Below, piece by piece: positions 18,275 through 28,323 of a stretch of 64,000 bases of DNA; within the stretch, counting starts at the first letter, position 1, and the number at the start of each line of letters is the position of its first letter. The DNA is taken from contig JBDRPD010000062.1 in NCBI GenBank assembly GCA_043827405.1, positions 32,001-96,000 of the forward strand. The letters are read 5' to 3'. The position numbers and the translations under genes were made by a program. The notes below the pieces were generated by a model. That model made no database searches, was not told the DNA's origin, and was given only the letters and a program-made list of their open reading frames with translations. Source of the DNA: Elusimicrobiota bacterium. Lineage in GTDB: Bacteria; Elusimicrobiota; Elusimicrobia; UBA1565.

Positions 18275-18362
18275 GTGCTTGGGATTGACCTCCTCGTTTG
18301 GAATACGGATACCGATGACGGATATGGAGAAGCAGAGATACATGAAGCATGCTCTGCACTAG
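18275..18362 (+). pseudogene. internally deleted BrnT-like toxin remnant
   Basis: GTG start after SD gives MLGIDLLVWN (BrnT-like N-terminus); a second frame gives PMTDMEKQRYMKHALH* (BrnT-like C-terminus); lies directly before an RHH antitoxin. Confidence 0.55.
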
Positions 18363-18366
18363 GGTC

Positions 18367-18624
18367 ATGAAACGAAACGCGAGACGAACCACGGAGTCCG
18401 ATAAGAAGCTCCGCCGCTATTATGAGCGAAACTCCGCCTTGGCTTCCGGCAGGAAGCTCAGCCGGGTCGAGGTCTCCTTCCCGCGGCCGCGCAAGCTCGT
18501 CGCGCTGCGCATAGAGCCGGAGACATTGGCCGCGGTGCGGAAATTGGCGGCGGAGCGGGGGCTGAATTACTCAACTCTGATGCGCATGTGGATCACCGAG
18601 TGTTTGCGGCGGGAGATTCGTTAG
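18367..18624 (+). CDS. BrnA/CopG-family ribbon-helix-helix antitoxin
   Basis: C-terminal VALRIEPETLAAVRKLAAERGLNYSTLMRMWITE. Confidence 0.8.
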   Translation: MKRNARRTTESDKKLRRYYERNSALASGRKLSRVEVSFPRPRKLVALRIEPETLAAVRKLAAERGLNYSTLMRMWITECLRREIR

Positions 18625-18679
18625 CATCGGCGCGAACCATCCGACGTGCTGAACTGCTCAACTCTGAGGCGCCTGGGGA

Positions 18680-19513
18680 TTACCGCTTCGCGGCTTCGTC
18701 CGTGCTCTCGACAAACGACCACGCCATGTCCTGGTTCGAGCCCGCGGCGTACGTATCGGGGCCCAGCAGGATGCAGCCGAACTCGACGTCCCCGAGCAGC
18801 TCGCGGGCTTCCTGCAGAACCGTCGACGCGGGGATGCCGCGCGCGAGCCGGTCGTAGGCGCGCAGCGCGGCGCCGCGGCGCAGGATCTCCTCGCCGATCC
18901 CGGTGAAGGCGGCCGCGCCTCGCGGGCCCGCGTAGAGGCCGCAGCCCGGAAGGGGGACGTCCCCGATGCGGCCGAGCGGTGAGCCCGTCAGCCCTCCGGA
19001 GCTCAGGGCGGCGGCGAATTCCAGCCCGTCGGTCGCGACGCAGCCGACCGTATCGGAGCCGCGGAGGAAAGCGGCGAACCGCCGCCGGGCCTCCTCGGTC
19101 GTCGGATCATATCGCGCGTGGCCTTCCCGGCGGGCGAACTGGGTCGCCCCGGGACCGCAGAGCAGGGCGCCTCCTTTCAGCGCCAGCGAGAACGCGACCC
19201 GGGCCGGGTGGCGCACCGCTTCGATGCAGGCGACGGCCCCGAATTGCGGCGGAGCCGGCTTTGTCGTCGGGCGCCAGAACATGAAAGAGGCGTCCATCTG
19301 GATGGTCTTGTGGTCGCCGCGCAGCGACGAGCCCGTTCCGGCATTGAACCGCGGGTCGTCCTCAAGCACGTCCATCGCGCTTAGAACAGCTTCCGCCAGC
19401 GGCCGCCCCGCGGACACCGCCCGCCGGGCCGCCGCGGCGGCCCGCTGGGTTCCGTCGCGGTGCGCCGCGGGTGAGCTGGAGCCGCCGTGCGTCAGTATCC
19501 TCACATGAGCCAT
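18680..19513 (-). CDS. iaaA: isoaspartyl peptidase/L-asparaginase (Ntn hydrolase)
   Basis: HGG, LEDDPRFNAGTGS, MDAS, DTVGCVA (Thr nucleophile), GRIGD, TGIGE; divergent from cphBA. Confidence 0.9.
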   Translation of the reverse strand: MAHVRILTHGGSSSPAAHRDGTQRAAAAARRAVSAGRPLAEAVLSAMDVLEDDPRFNAGTGSSLRGDHKTIQMDASFMFWRPTTKPAPPQFGAVACIEAVRHPARVAFSLALKGGALLCGPGATQFARREGHARYDPTTEEARRRFAAFLRGSDTVGCVATDGLEFAAALSSGGLTGSPLGRIGDVPLPGCGLYAGPRGAAAFTGIGEEILRRGAALRAYDRLARGIPASTVLQEARELLGDVEFGCILLGPDTYAAGSNQDMAWSFVESTDEAAKR

Positions 19514-19589
19514 GCGAGTCATTATAGTCTAATGGCGATGCCGCGAGCGCATTAACCGCTCCCGGTCAAATGCTAGAATCAAGCCCACC

Positions 19590-20477
19590 ATGGCAAGCGA
19601 GACCCGCGGCGATTCCCCTCGAGATCCGAAGAGCAGGAGGAAGCAGGGAAAGCTGCTCCTAATCGGCGGCAACGAGGACAAGACCGAAAAGATGGAGATC
19701 CTTCGCGCCCTCGTCCAGGAGGCGGGGGGCGGCGCGGCGCGCATCGAGGTTATTACCACGGCTTCTTCCGAGCCGGAAACCGTATGGCAGGCGTACGAAA
19801 AGGCTTTCCGGCAGATCGGGGTCGCCTACGCACAGCCGCTGCACATCGATTCGCGCGCGCAGGCGGAGCAGCCGGAGCTGCTCGAGCGCATCGGCCGGTC
19901 CACCGCCATCCTGTTCGCCGGCGGGGATCAGCTCCGCATCACGTCGATCCTCGATGGGACGCCGGTGGCGGAGGCGATCAACCGCCACTTCTTCGACGAC
20001 GGAAAGCTGATCGCGGGGACTTCCGCGGGCGCGGCCGCGCTGACCAGCACCATCATCTACGACGGGGAATCTCATGAGGCCCTGCACAAGGGGTCGGTGA
20101 AGATGACCGGCGGCCTGGCCCTGATTTCGAATGCGGTGGTGGATACGCATTTCGTTTCCCGCGGCCGTTTCGGCCGCCTGATCCAGGTCGTCGTCGGCAA
20201 TCCCCGCCTCATCGGAGTCGGACTCGGCGAGGATACCGGCGTTTTCGTCACCGGCGGGACGAAGCTGAAGGTCGTCGGCAGCGGTTTGGTGATCATCGTG
20301 GATGGCGGGAATATCGGCTTCACCAATGTTTTTGATGTCGAGCATATGGAGCCGTTTTCCGTCGAAAACGTCAAGGTCAACGTGCTCAGTTCCGGCGCCG
20401 GCTACGAGCTCGATTCCCGCTCCTTTCTGCCGCCGCCCCCCAGGAAGGCGAAGCCCGGGGCGGCCGAGAGCCGGTGA
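19590..20477 (+). CDS. cphB: cyanophycinase
   Basis: IGGNEDK, GGDQLRI, GTSAGA (Ser), DTHFVSRGRFGRL, GLGEDT. Confidence 0.95.
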   Translation: MASETRGDSPRDPKSRRKQGKLLLIGGNEDKTEKMEILRALVQEAGGGAARIEVITTASSEPETVWQAYEKAFRQIGVAYAQPLHIDSRAQAEQPELLERIGRSTAILFAGGDQLRITSILDGTPVAEAINRHFFDDGKLIAGTSAGAAALTSTIIYDGESHEALHKGSVKMTGGLALISNAVVDTHFVSRGRFGRLIQVVVGNPRLIGVGLGEDTGVFVTGGTKLKVVGSGLVIIVDGGNIGFTNVFDVEHMEPFSVENVKVNVLSSGAGYELDSRSFLPPPPRKAKPGAAESR

Positions 20478-23143
20478 AGATCCTGCAGCTGCGCGCGCTG
20501 CGGGGCCCGAATCTTTGGTCGCGCTTCCCGACGATGTATATGGAGCTCGACCTCGAAGGCTTCGCTGAACGTCCCACCCATACGCATCCCGGATTTACCG
20601 ACCTCCTGATGCGGCTGATGCCGTCGCTCTACCAGCATCGCTGCGGGGTCGGCCGCGAGGGAGGCTTCGAGGGCCGGATGCGCGAGGGGACCTATTTGGG
20701 GCATGTGGTCGAGCATGTCGCGCTCGAGCTCCAGTGCCTGGCGGGCATGGAGGTCGGTTTCGGCAAGACGCGGGAGACCTCCGCGCCGGGAGTCTACCAT
20801 GTGGTCTACCGCTACCGCGATGAACAGGCGGGACTCGAGGCCGGCCGGCAGGCGGTCGGTCTGGTAGAGGCGTCGACTCAGGGCCGCTGCGTCGAGCTCG
20901 CCCCCATCCTGCAGCGGCTGCGGGAGATCCGCGAGGAAAGCATGCTGGGCCCCTCGACCACCTCGATCGTGGAGGAGGCGGTGGCGCGCGACATCCCGTT
21001 CATTCGCCTCAACGAGGCGTCGCTGGTCCAGCTGGGATGGGGCGCGCAGCAGCAGCGCATCCAGGCGACCTTGTCGGGGCGAACCTCGGCCCTCGGCGTC
21101 GAGATCGCGGACGACAAATTTCTTACCAAGAAGCTCCTGCGCCGCGTCGGCGTCCCCGTTCCCCAGGGCGCGGTCGTGGATTCAGCGGCGGAGGCCGCGG
21201 CCGCGGCTGAGGACCTCGGCTTCCCCGTCACCATCAAGCCCCTGGTCGGGAACCACGGGCGCGGGATTTCGGTCTGCGTCGCCGGCAAAGAGGGGGTCGG
21301 ACCGGCTTATGAAAGCGCGCTGAAAGTGTGTCCGCGCGCGGTGGTCGAACGGCACCTGGAAGGGGACGATTTTCGCATTCTGGTCGTGGGACACCGCATG
21401 GCGGCGGCGGCGCGCCGCACCCCGGCCCAGGTTACGGGCGACGGGAAGCGGACGATCCGCGAGCTGATCGACGAGGTGAACCGCAGCGAAGCGAGAGGAT
21501 TCGGTCACGAGAAGGTCCTGACCTATATCACTCCCGATGATATGACCCTGCGCCTCCTGCGGGAGCTCGGCCTCGATCTCGAATCGGTCCCCGCGGCCGG
21601 ACGGGTGGTGCGCCTGAAGTCCACGGCGAATCTTTCGACCGGCGGCACCGCCGAGGATGTCACGGATACGGTGCATCCGGCGAACCGCTTCATGGCGGAG
21701 CGCATCAGCCGCATCGTCGATCTCGACATCATGGGCATCGACTTCGTCGCCCCCACGCTGGAGACCCCGGTTTTCGAGAACGGCGGAGGGGTCGTCGAGG
21801 TCAACGCCGCCCCCGGGTTCCGGATGCACCTGTCGCCGACGCACGGCAAGCCGCGCAACGTCGCCGTTCCGGTCGTCGATATGCTTTTCGGCAAGGAAGG
21901 CCGCGGGAGGATTCCGCTGGTGACCGTTACCGGAACGAACGGCAAGACGACAACGGTGCGGCTGATCTCCCATCTCCTGAGAACGGCCGGCCGCCGCGTC
22001 GGCTCGACCACGACCGACAGCGTGCAGATCGAGAACCACACCGTGCTCCGCGGGGACTATTCGGGGCCGGAAGGCGCCGGCGTCGTCCTGCAGGACCCCA
22101 CCGTCAATGCGGCGGTGCTGGAGATCGCGCGGGGAGGAATCCTCCGCCGCGGCCTGGGCTTCGACCGCGCCGACGTGGCCGTGGTCCTCAACGTCGCCGA
22201 AGACCATCTCGGGCTCGAGGACGTCCACGATCTCGACAAGCTCAGCGATGTCAAGCGGGTCGTCGCCGAGGCGGTGCATCCCGAAAAGGGCCGGGTCGTC
22301 CTTAACGCGGACGACCCGCGGGTTCTGGCGATGAAGAAGAAGCTGCAGGCCCGGGCCGTACTGTTTTCGCTCGACCCCGATTGCGCGGCGGTGCGCCGGC
22401 ATTTAGCCGAGGGCGGCACCGTTTTCACGATCGAAGAGGCCGCCGTGGTGCTGCGCGAGGGCAAAGCCCCGAAGATGCCGATCGTCAAGGTGTTCGAGAT
22501 ACCGATCGCGCTCGGAGGGAAGGCCCTTTACAATGTGTCCAACGCCCTCGCCGCGGCCGCGGCGGCGCATGCTTTGCTCGGCCTCGAGCTCGAGGACCTG
22601 AAGGCGGGCCTGTCGACGTTCAACCCGTCGATCGGCCAGTCTCCGGGGCGCTTGAATATCATTGAGATCGCGGGCGTCGACTATCTGGTCGACTACGCCC
22701 ACAACGTCCCGGCCTTTATGGCTCTCAACCAAGTCGTGGCGTCCCTGGCGGAAAACCGGCCGCCGGGCCACCGCCGCATCGGGGTGGTTTCCGGCACGGG
22801 CAACCGTCGAGACGAAGATATCCATCTCCTCGGCAAGGCCGCGGCCGGCATCTATACCGACCTAATCATCAAGGACTCCGACCCGCGCGGCCGGCCTCCG
22901 GGGGAGACGGCTGAGATTATGAAGCGCGGGGTGCTCGCCGCGGGTTTTCCCGGCGCGAGGATCCGCGTGGTCGTCGAGGAGAAAAGCGCGATCGAAGCCG
23001 CATTCGACGCGGCGCGCTCCGGGGATCTCGTCGTCATTCAGCCGGATGATATCGCGCGAACGATCCGGCAGCTGCTGGAGTACAAGGAGTCGCATGTGAG
23101 CCTTGATCTCGGAGACAACCCGCCGGCGCAGATACCGGCCTGA
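20474..23143 (+). CDS. cphA: cyanophycin synthetase
   Basis: LRGPNLW, HRCGVGREGGF, GHVVEHVALELQ N-domain; ATP-grasp domain (EVNAAPGFRMH); Mur-ligase domain (TGTNGKTTT, DYAHN); 889 aa. Confidence 0.97.
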   Translation: MKILQLRALRGPNLWSRFPTMYMELDLEGFAERPTHTHPGFTDLLMRLMPSLYQHRCGVGREGGFEGRMREGTYLGHVVEHVALELQCLAGMEVGFGKTRETSAPGVYHVVYRYRDEQAGLEAGRQAVGLVEASTQGRCVELAPILQRLREIREESMLGPSTTSIVEEAVARDIPFIRLNEASLVQLGWGAQQQRIQATLSGRTSALGVEIADDKFLTKKLLRRVGVPVPQGAVVDSAAEAAAAAEDLGFPVTIKPLVGNHGRGISVCVAGKEGVGPAYESALKVCPRAVVERHLEGDDFRILVVGHRMAAAARRTPAQVTGDGKRTIRELIDEVNRSEARGFGHEKVLTYITPDDMTLRLLRELGLDLESVPAAGRVVRLKSTANLSTGGTAEDVTDTVHPANRFMAERISRIVDLDIMGIDFVAPTLETPVFENGGGVVEVNAAPGFRMHLSPTHGKPRNVAVPVVDMLFGKEGRGRIPLVTVTGTNGKTTTVRLISHLLRTAGRRVGSTTTDSVQIENHTVLRGDYSGPEGAGVVLQDPTVNAAVLEIARGGILRRGLGFDRADVAVVLNVAEDHLGLEDVHDLDKLSDVKRVVAEAVHPEKGRVVLNADDPRVLAMKKKLQARAVLFSLDPDCAAVRRHLAEGGTVFTIEEAAVVLREGKAPKMPIVKVFEIPIALGGKALYNVSNALAAAAAAHALLGLELEDLKAGLSTFNPSIGQSPGRLNIIEIAGVDYLVDYAHNVPAFMALNQVVASLAENRPPGHRRIGVVSGTGNRRDEDIHLLGKAAAGIYTDLIIKDSDPRGRPPGETAEIMKRGVLAAGFPGARIRVVVEEKSAIEAAFDAARSGDLVVIQPDDIARTIRQLLEYKESHVSLDLGDNPPAQIPA

Positions 23144-23149
23144 GCCGGC

Positions 23150-25405
23150 TCAATCCGCCAGCGACTTCAGCAGGCGGTTCTTGCCGGCGGCGTCGAGCCG
23201 TTGCAGAGCGGGATTCCCGTCGAGCGCGATGCGGATGATCTCGGGAAGCTCGGCCGGGCGCCCGGCGGCCGGGATCATGCCCGCCGGCTCCGTCAGCTCG
23301 TAGAGCGCCACGTCATGAGCATTGCGCCGCACCGGGCGCAGGTGGCCGCGCCAGAAGCGCGACAAAATCCGCAGCTGCTCCGGCGTCAGCGCGTGCAGGC
23401 GCCGCTGGAGGTTGCGCAGGGTTTCCGGATAATCGGCGAGAACATGCGTGAAGCCGCCGGCGCGGAGAATCGCTTGCAGCCCGGCGGCCGTCGGCGCCGT
23501 CCGCAGCGCCCGCAAAAAAGGATGCTCGTCGAACAGCGAGCAGGTCGCGCTGTCGCGCTCCAGGAACGCTGTGCGCACATCGCCCAGCAGCATGAGGCGG
23601 GCGTCCGGCGGCAGCGTTGCGTTGATATAGCGCGCCATCTCGTACTGCTGGGGCGGGTAGCCGATATGCGCCCGGCCGAGATACTGCTCCTTGGTCTCAT
23701 GTCCGAAGACGACGACCGGCACCTCTTTTTGCAAGAGCATCGCGCCGTTCCAGGCCAGGTTCCAGAGGACGATCGGGACGACCAGCCACGGCGCCCAGGG
23801 GCGCCACTCCCGGCCCAGCGCGGTCAGTTGATGGGCGGCATAGAGGCAGAACAGCGCCAGGGCGGGGATAAAGAAGCGGACCATGGAAGAGGACGCGCTC
23901 CAGGCGATATACTGCACGCCGAAGGCGAGCAGCAGCCAGCCGAAGGGGAAGACGGCCTTGCGCACGCGGAAGATCAGCGGGAAGAACGCGACCAGCAGCG
24001 GGCCGATGAAGGAGTAGTGGCTGCGTCCCTGGGTGAACAGCAGCCAGGGGGTGAGCAGCCAGGTCTGCCAGTGCCGGAGGCCGCCGTACCAGAAATGCCC
24101 GCGCGCCGAGTCCTTGAGCGCGGCGGCGTCGGGATAGAGGCCGCTCTGGCCGAAGACGGCGCCGAGGAAGGGATAGACGGGGTTGCCCGTAAACAGCGCG
24201 TTCTTCACCAGCCAGGGCGCGAAGACCGCCAGCGCGGCCAGCGACCAGAGTACCGGGAGCAGCAGCTTGGCGCGGCGCTCTATTTTGGGAGCGCGGTAGA
24301 GCCAGAGCAGCATCAGGACCAGCGCCGCCGCCGCGTTCCACGCCGCGGTGTATTTGACCCCCAGGGCGAGCCCGTGGAAGATGCCCGAGACCAAAAACCA
24401 GCGCGCGGTGGCGGCCGGCTGGGGCGACTCCTGGGCGTAGAAGCCCCGGACCAGCGCCCATATTCCCATCAGCGACCAGAACGCCGCTCCGCATTCGACG
24501 CTGGTATGCCAGGCGGCGAAGGCGGTGACGGGTACGGTGCAGAACAGCGCGCAGGCGCAGAGGGCGGTTTGCCGCGAGCAGGCGGTCCGGCCGAGGCCGT
24601 AGATCGCGGCCACAGTCAGCAGCATCATCCACAGGTGCATGAGCTTGGCCAGAATCTCGCCGCGGAACAGCATCCCCAGCAGGTACAGCATCTCCATGTT
24701 CTGGGGGAAATTCGTATGCAGGATGCCTTCGATGGGGACGATGCGGCCGCGCAGGCGGTAGGTGTTGGGGGCGCCGAGGTGGTAGACGAGCGAATCGTAA
24801 AAGGTCTCGGGAGCGAGCGCGCCGAGGAGATGGTAGAAGACGCTGTAGGCGAGAACGGCCAGGAGCAGCCATTCCAGCGGCGCCAGCGTCGAGAAGAAGC
24901 CGGGGTGTTCGGGCGATATCGCCGGCCGACGCTTGAGCCAGCGCAGAAGCTCCACCGCCGTTAGGGCGATCCCCGCGCCGAGCAGCGCGAAGGCGAGCCC
25001 GGGCGTGACCCCCGCCGCAGCGCCGAGAAACAGCGTCAGCAGCGCGAGCGCGCCCAGGCCGAAGGCTTGCGCGATCAGGGCGCGCTCGAGGCCGGCCAGC
25101 GGCGTGCGGAACATCCAGCGGACCAGCGGCATGCCGTAGCCGAGCGCCGCGAAGGCGAAGGCGGCCAGATAGATCAGATCCAGCAGGTAGCCGCCGGCCA
25201 GTTCGGCGAGCGGTACGGTGCGCGGCGTCTTCACGGCGAAGGGCAGCAGCAGGCCGAGGTACAGCGACCGATCGGTCAAGGAGACGAGCTTGGCGCCGAT
25301 GAAGGCGAACCATACGGCAAAAGCCGTCGGCAGCGGCCAGAAGACCGCGCGGGCGTTCCCGGTGTCCTGCTTGTTGGCGCGCGGCTTACGTTTTCTCTTT
25401 CCCAC
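23150..25405 (-). CDS. polytopic membrane protein, GT-C (ArnT/PMT-like) glycosyltransferase
   Basis: Many TM helices; FYDSLVYHL, GLALGVKYT and PWLVKNALFTGNPVYPF motifs. Confidence 0.7.
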   Translation of the reverse strand: MGKRKRKPRANKQDTGNARAVFWPLPTAFAVWFAFIGAKLVSLTDRSLYLGLLLPFAVKTPRTVPLAELAGGYLLDLIYLAAFAFAALGYGMPLVRWMFRTPLAGLERALIAQAFGLGALALLTLFLGAAAGVTPGLAFALLGAGIALTAVELLRWLKRRPAISPEHPGFFSTLAPLEWLLLAVLAYSVFYHLLGALAPETFYDSLVYHLGAPNTYRLRGRIVPIEGILHTNFPQNMEMLYLLGMLFRGEILAKLMHLWMMLLTVAAIYGLGRTACSRQTALCACALFCTVPVTAFAAWHTSVECGAAFWSLMGIWALVRGFYAQESPQPAATARWFLVSGIFHGLALGVKYTAAWNAAAALVLMLLWLYRAPKIERRAKLLLPVLWSLAALAVFAPWLVKNALFTGNPVYPFLGAVFGQSGLYPDAAALKDSARGHFWYGGLRHWQTWLLTPWLLFTQGRSHYSFIGPLLVAFFPLIFRVRKAVFPFGWLLLAFGVQYIAWSASSSMVRFFIPALALFCLYAAHQLTALGREWRPWAPWLVVPIVLWNLAWNGAMLLQKEVPVVVFGHETKEQYLGRAHIGYPPQQYEMARYINATLPPDARLMLLGDVRTAFLERDSATCSLFDEHPFLRALRTAPTAAGLQAILRAGGFTHVLADYPETLRNLQRRLHALTPEQLRILSRFWRGHLRPVRRNAHDVALYELTEPAGMIPAAGRPAELPEIIRIALDGNPALQRLDAAGKNRLLKSLAD

Positions 25406-26888
25406 GCGGCGTAAAGAGAGCGCCCCAGCCCAGCGTCCAGGCGGTTCCGATGACGATGGCCCAGGGCCAGGCGATTTGGGATATGCCGAGCGGCGACAGG
25501 AGGCCGGAGCGCAGCGCCGCCGGCCCCGGTGGGAGATCGGCGGTTAAGAACAGGACGACCAGGACGCTCGTCGCCATGGCGGCGACGTTCGCGTACTCAT
25601 GGCCGCGGCTTTTCGTCAGCACGGCCAGCAGGAACACGCCGAGGAGCGCGCCGTAGGTGTAGCCCATGATGCGCAGGCCCAGCCACAAAATAGAGGTGTC
25701 TCCGCCGAAGAGCATGGCGACGCCGGCCAGGATGACGCCGAAGACGACAACGAGACCGCGCGACAGCCGGATGCTTTGCCCGTCGTCGAGCCGGCGGGTC
25801 GCGAAGGGGACGTAGAGGTCGACATAGACGGTCGAGGCCAGGCCGTTGAGCGCCGAGTCCAGAGACGACATGGCGGCGGCCAGCAGCGCCGCCACCAGCA
25901 GGCCCCGGACGCCCATGGGCAGGACGGTGCGGATGAAGTGGGGATATATGAAGTCGTTGCGTCCGGCGGCGGCGTACTGCGCCGCCGCGGGGTCGGGAAA
26001 GACCTGGTAGTAGGCGAACAGCGCCGCGCCGACCGTCAGAAACACCAATGTCGTCAGCAGGCTGGCGGCGCCGTAGGCTATGGCGGCGCCCTGGGCGTTT
26101 TTGACGTTGCGGCAGGTCAGGAGGCGCTGGGCGATGTCCTGGTCGGTGGCGCCGACGGCCAAGCCGATGACGACGGCGAAAAAGTTGCCGGCCCAGAAAG
26201 TCGTCGCGTCGTCGAGGTCGAAGGCGAAGTTGAAGGTCGTGAATTTGCCGTGCGCCGCGCCGATGTCGATGAACTGGGCGAAGCCGTCGGGCAGGGCGCT
26301 CCAGATAAGAGCGATGGAGACCACGGCGCCGATGAGAAAGAGGGACAGCTGCAGGATGTCGGTCCAGATCACGGCCTTGATGCCGCCGCTGGTCGTATAA
26401 ACCATAGCGAAGAGCGCGATCAGGACGATGGCGGTTTTGAGCTCCAGGCCGAAGAATACCGAGACGGCGATGGCGCAGCCGGCGAGCCGGACGCCGCTGG
26501 CCAGGATGCGGCTGCAGATGAAAAACAGGGTTCCCGTCGTCCGCGTGACCGGGCCGAAGCGGTCCCCCAAAAGCTCGTAGACGGTGGTGACCTGCAGCCG
26601 ATAAAATACCGGCAGGAAGATGGCGGCCAGCAGCAGGCTCGAGATGAAGGTCCCGACCCAGAGCTGCAGGTAGACGAAGTTGCCGCCGAAGGCGGCTCCC
26701 GGCACGCCGATGAAGGTCAGGGCGGAGAGCGCCGTCGCCAGTGAGGAGGCGGCGACCGGCGCCCAGGACATGGAGCGGCCGGCGAGAAAGAAGTCCGCGG
26801 TGTTCTTCTCCCGGCGTCCCGCCCAGACGCCGAGGGATACGACGGTCGCGGCATAGAGCGCGAGCACGCACCAATCGAGCCAAACCAT
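25386..26888 (-). CDS. sodium:solute symporter (SSS family)
   Basis: DFFLAGRSM, SALTFIGVPG, GGIKAVIWTD, DQDIAQR, AAAMSSLDS. Confidence 0.93.
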   Translation of the reverse strand: MVWLDWCVLALYAATVVSLGVWAGRREKNTADFFLAGRSMSWAPVAASSLATALSALTFIGVPGAAFGGNFVYLQLWVGTFISSLLLAAIFLPVFYRLQVTTVYELLGDRFGPVTRTTGTLFFICSRILASGVRLAGCAIAVSVFFGLELKTAIVLIALFAMVYTTSGGIKAVIWTDILQLSLFLIGAVVSIALIWSALPDGFAQFIDIGAAHGKFTTFNFAFDLDDATTFWAGNFFAVVIGLAVGATDQDIAQRLLTCRNVKNAQGAAIAYGAASLLTTLVFLTVGAALFAYYQVFPDPAAAQYAAAGRNDFIYPHFIRTVLPMGVRGLLVAALLAAAMSSLDSALNGLASTVYVDLYVPFATRRLDDGQSIRLSRGLVVVFGVILAGVAMLFGGDTSILWLGLRIMGYTYGALLGVFLLAVLTKSRGHEYANVAAMATSVLVVLFLTADLPPGPAALRSGLLSPLGISQIAWPWAIVIGTAWTLGWGALFTPRGKEKT

Positions 26889-26918
26889 GGCCGGAATTAT
26901 AGCGAATATGGTTACGGC

Positions 26919-27341
26919 CTAGCGGGGACCCGCGAACCGCGCGAGGTCCGTGAAGAAGGTTTTTACGTAGGCGGGCAGGTAGCCGACGACGCAGAGCAGA
27001 AGCAGCGCCGCGATCATGAACGGCGCGGCGGTGCCGCATAGCGACGCGGGACGCCAGAAGGGGTGGGCGTCCGGCGCCGGCGCCCAGACCCAGCCGTGCA
27101 GGGGCGGCGCTTCTTCCTCGGGGCCGGCATAGTCGCCGTGCGGCCACCAGCGGTCGGTGAGATAGTGGGCCGCCAGATAGGCGCCTAGGCCGAGGAAGGC
27201 GAGCGCGGCGCACAGATGCCGGAGGAGCTCGCCCGGCGCGATGAGCCACAAGACAACGACAAGCGCGGCCTGCAGCGCGGAAAACTTCAAGGCGGCACCG
27301 CGGCGCGCTCTCTTATGCTCGGCGGTCGCCCAGTCGTTCAC
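26919..27341 (-). CDS. hypothetical membrane protein
   Basis: Three hydrophobic segments; GTG start overlaps the TGA of the upstream gene. Confidence 0.6.
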   Translation of the reverse strand: MNDWATAEHKRARRGAALKFSALQAALVVVLWLIAPGELLRHLCAALAFLGLGAYLAAHYLTDRWWPHGDYAGPEEEAPPLHGWVWAPAPDAHPFWRPASLCGTAAPFMIAALLLLCVVGYLPAYVKTFFTDLARFAGPR

Positions 27342-27853
27342 GCCGACAACCCATGCTCTTCCCGCACCGCTTCCCAGCCCGCTTCCCACCCGTTTTCCTT
27401 GGCGGCCGGCTCAAAAGTCGCGAGGAATTTTCGCAGCGCCGCGTCGCCGTCGATCCGGCGGCCGAGGCGGCGGTTGTGTTCCAGTATGTTTTCGCAGCGG
27501 GCTTGGAAGTCCGTCGGGGTGAGCTGCGCGACCCGGAATACGTCGCGGTCTTCGCCGCCGCCGCGCACCTCGACGATCCAGTGCCGGGAGGCGAGCGAGG
27601 TACGCAGGTACTTGGCCACGGTCTCGTCGCCGAGGTCGAAGACCCGGTGGACGTAGAAGGGCTGGTCGGGTATGTCGTAGAGGCGCAGGATGCAGGCAAG
27701 CAGGCCGCCTGTGGGCAGCAGGAAGGAGCCGAACTCCAGCGTCATGCGCACGTCCTTGAAGCGCGACGGCTGAGCGACGCGCACCGTCCAGGCGGGGACG
27801 CCGTCATAGTAGTAGAGGTGCCCGGGGCGCGTTATTTCGTTTTCTCTCACCAT
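27338..27853 (-). CDS. hypothetical protein
   Basis: 171-aa ORF overlapping both neighbours in the operon. Confidence 0.65.
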   Translation of the reverse strand: MVRENEITRPGHLYYYDGVPAWTVRVAQPSRFKDVRMTLEFGSFLLPTGGLLACILRLYDIPDQPFYVHRVFDLGDETVAKYLRTSLASRHWIVEVRGGGEDRDVFRVAQLTPTDFQARCENILEHNRRLGRRIDGDAALRKFLATFEPAAKENGWEAGWEAVREEHGLSA

Positions 27854-28323
27854 CGGTGGTAGGCGGGATGCCCGGGCTTGACGGCGACGAAGGTCCCGCG
27901 GAAGGTCGCGCAGCGCTTGCCGCCGGAGGTCAGCGCGGATTCAACAACCGCGCGGTCGTCGGCGGACTCGGTGACGCGCGCGATGAGGCGGATGGGGCCC
28001 GCGGACGGCGCCGGCCGCCGCATCTTCACCGCGAACTCGGCGGTGACGGTGCACGGCGGCTTGTCCGTCCCGGTCTTCTTCATGAGGTGATGCGTCGCCG
28101 TCCAGTTCGAGTGGCAGTCGAGAAGGGCGCCGATGATCCCGCCGCTGAGGGTCCCGGCGAAGGCTTCATGCTGCTTCTCCGCCCGCCAATCGGCGACCAG
28201 TTCGTCGCCCGCGCCGCCGGAAGGAAAGCTGCGGATGCGCAGGCCCCGCGGGTTGGCGGGGCCGCAGCCGAAGCAGACATTGCCGGGCGCGTAGCGCTCC
28301 TGTACCGAGAGCTCGGCGCTCAC
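27847..28323 (-). CDS. PaaI-family (hotdog fold) thioesterase
   Basis: CFGCGPANPRGL, GGIIGALLD, VTAEFAVKMRRP. Confidence 0.88.
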   Translation of the reverse strand: MSAELSVQERYAPGNVCFGCGPANPRGLRIRSFPSGGAGDELVADWRAEKQHEAFAGTLSGGIIGALLDCHSNWTATHHLMKKTGTDKPPCTVTAEFAVKMRRPAPSAGPIRLIARVTESADDRAVVESALTSGGKRCATFRGTFVAVKPGHPAYHRW

